Source of the DNA: Malacoraja senta
Taxonomy: Eukaryota
DNA: 64,000 nt
Assembly (NCBI GenBank): GCA_038087875.1
Contig: CM075988.1
Span: 20,212,001-20,276,000 of the forward strand
Direction: 5' to 3'
The notes below the pieces were generated by a model. That model was given only the letters and a program-made list of their open reading frames with translations, was not told where the DNA came from and searched no databases. The translations under genes were made by a program, and so were the position numbers. This document shows, one piece after another, positions 62,540 through 64,000 of this stretch (its first letter is position 1; each line of letters begins with the position of its first letter).

Positions 62540-63065
62540 TCGAAAGTATCAGGAATGCTTGCATCATGACCTGGTATGGAAATTTCAGCTGACAGACCTG
62601 TGAGACAGTGGTGGACTCAGCCCGGCCCATTATGGGCACAGCCCTCCCCACCAACTAAAGCATCTATATGAGGCACTTCCTCATGAAGGTAGCTTCTATC
62701 ATCAGGGATCCCCACCATCTGGGCCATGCCCTCTTCTCACTGCTACCATCAGGCAGTAGGTACAGAAGCCTGAAGTCCCACCACATCAGATTCAGGAACA
62801 GCTATTCTCCTGCAATCATGCGGTTGTTGAACTGACCTGCACAACCCTAATCCTACCATGACAATGGAACACTACAGACGATGTCTTCCCCTACATGGGG
62901 GTTTCTAATTGTGTTTTTCATTAAATACTAATACCAAATTCCTCTGGGAAACACAATTTCAGTTTTTGTGTGTTTGAGACTGTGTTCCTGTGATGCTGCT
63001 GCAAGCAAAATTTTCATTATACCTGCCCCTCACCATACCTGTGTCTCTGACAATAAACCCGACTT
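62540..63065 (+). mobile_element. Rex1/Babar 3' fragment
   Basis: CIMTWYGN, then ctaccatcaggcagtaggtacagaagcctg (LPSGxRYRSL), then tail gacaataaac. Confidence 0.7.
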
Positions 63066-63911
63066 GCCTTGACAGTGGCCCACCTCTGTCCAGGAGCAAT
63101 AAGGGATAGACCATGAACGATGGTCTTTCTAGCGTTGTTGACATTCCAAAAATGAACCAAAAAAACAGCATATAAATTCTACGTAGCTCGGTCTGAGGAG
63201 AGAAAAATGGTCATGATTTTTTAAATTAAACTATTGTATCTTGTTTTACATAGTGCAAGTATAAAATATGGCCAGCGAAGAATGTGTGTTTACTGCCATA
63301 TGCTAGCATTTAAATAGATAGGCCAGGCCTTGCAGAGTTTTTGACATTTAATAGCAAGGGAACATATTTTTTACTCAAATTGACTGAGTTGGAATGCAGG
63401 AATGTTAGCAGATGCTTCAAATCGGGTCTTTTCCTCTCCTTATAAACCGGACATTTTACTTCAATTAATTCAGACCACAGGTGTCAGTTGGATTTCACGA
63501 TTGTCAGGGGACTCTTTAGTCTGCAGCTTTCTGTGTCTACAATGGCACTGATATAAGCAAGCTGCTCAAGCCAAGGAAACAATTCAGAAGTGATTTACTT
63601 AATAAGGACTGTGTGACATTCCATTTGGGATTTTTCAAAAACGTGCACTTTGCTATTTTGCATTGTAGTAAAATGAAGTTCATCATGGTTTGGCTTGTAA
63701 AGCTTTTTTTGAGTTCTGCGTTTGGACTGGGCTGAAAATTCTCTATGAGAACTGGGATTGATGGAAGTCCTAAATGCCAGGCTTTCAACTGTAAACAAAA
63801 GGTTGTAAAAGGTCACAAAAACTCCGGGTTTGCTAATGCTGCCTGATATGCAGTAAGATGGAGAGTGGTTTAAATGCATTTGCTAGTATAACTTTTCTCA
63901 TTAAAAAGGAC

Positions 63912-64000
63912 AGTGGGTAGAGCTGCTGCCTCACAGTGCCGCAGACCCAGGTTCGATCCTGACATTGGGTGTTGTTTATGTGGAGTTTGCACGTTCTCCC
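63912..64000 (+). mobile_element. V-SINE 5' part (runs off the window)
   Basis: tRNA-like head with B box ggttcgatcc and V domain gtggagtttgcacgttctccc. Confidence 0.75.

Noticed and set aside
63912-63965. tRNA-like sequences with B boxes (also near 24870)
   Set aside because: They are SINE heads joined to V domains, not tRNA genes.

Overview
This is vertebrate, AT-rich, repeat-dense genomic DNA. The repeat complement (V-SINE/HE1-like and SacSINE1-like SINEs, CR1, Rex1/Babar, Penelope-like) points to a cartilaginous fish, probably a skate or ray (inference). The window is almost entirely intronic sequence of a + strand sorting nexin 19 (SNX19) gene. Only two coding exons of its C-terminal Nexin_C region are visible (38577-38761, 46697-46784); I did not find the flanking exons. 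The most unusual object is a 3.6-kb restriction-like-endonuclease (HERO-type) non-LTR retrotransposon on the - strand (3969-7553) whose parts are circularly permuted. It reads C-terminal half/RLE > 3'UTR > 5'UTR > N-terminal zinc finger/RT, and both outer ends share a 4-bp microhomology. The second theme is about a dozen Penelope-derived minimal hammerhead-ribozyme cassettes, several of them fold-back palindromes and many inactivated at CpG positions. There are also Harbinger-type MITEs, a TSD-flanked L1 3' end, and a GC-rich non-autonomous family with a YY1-like head and a Rex1-type tail. Repeat family names come from recognition of sequence motifs, not database searches; repeat boundaries are approximate unless stated otherwise.
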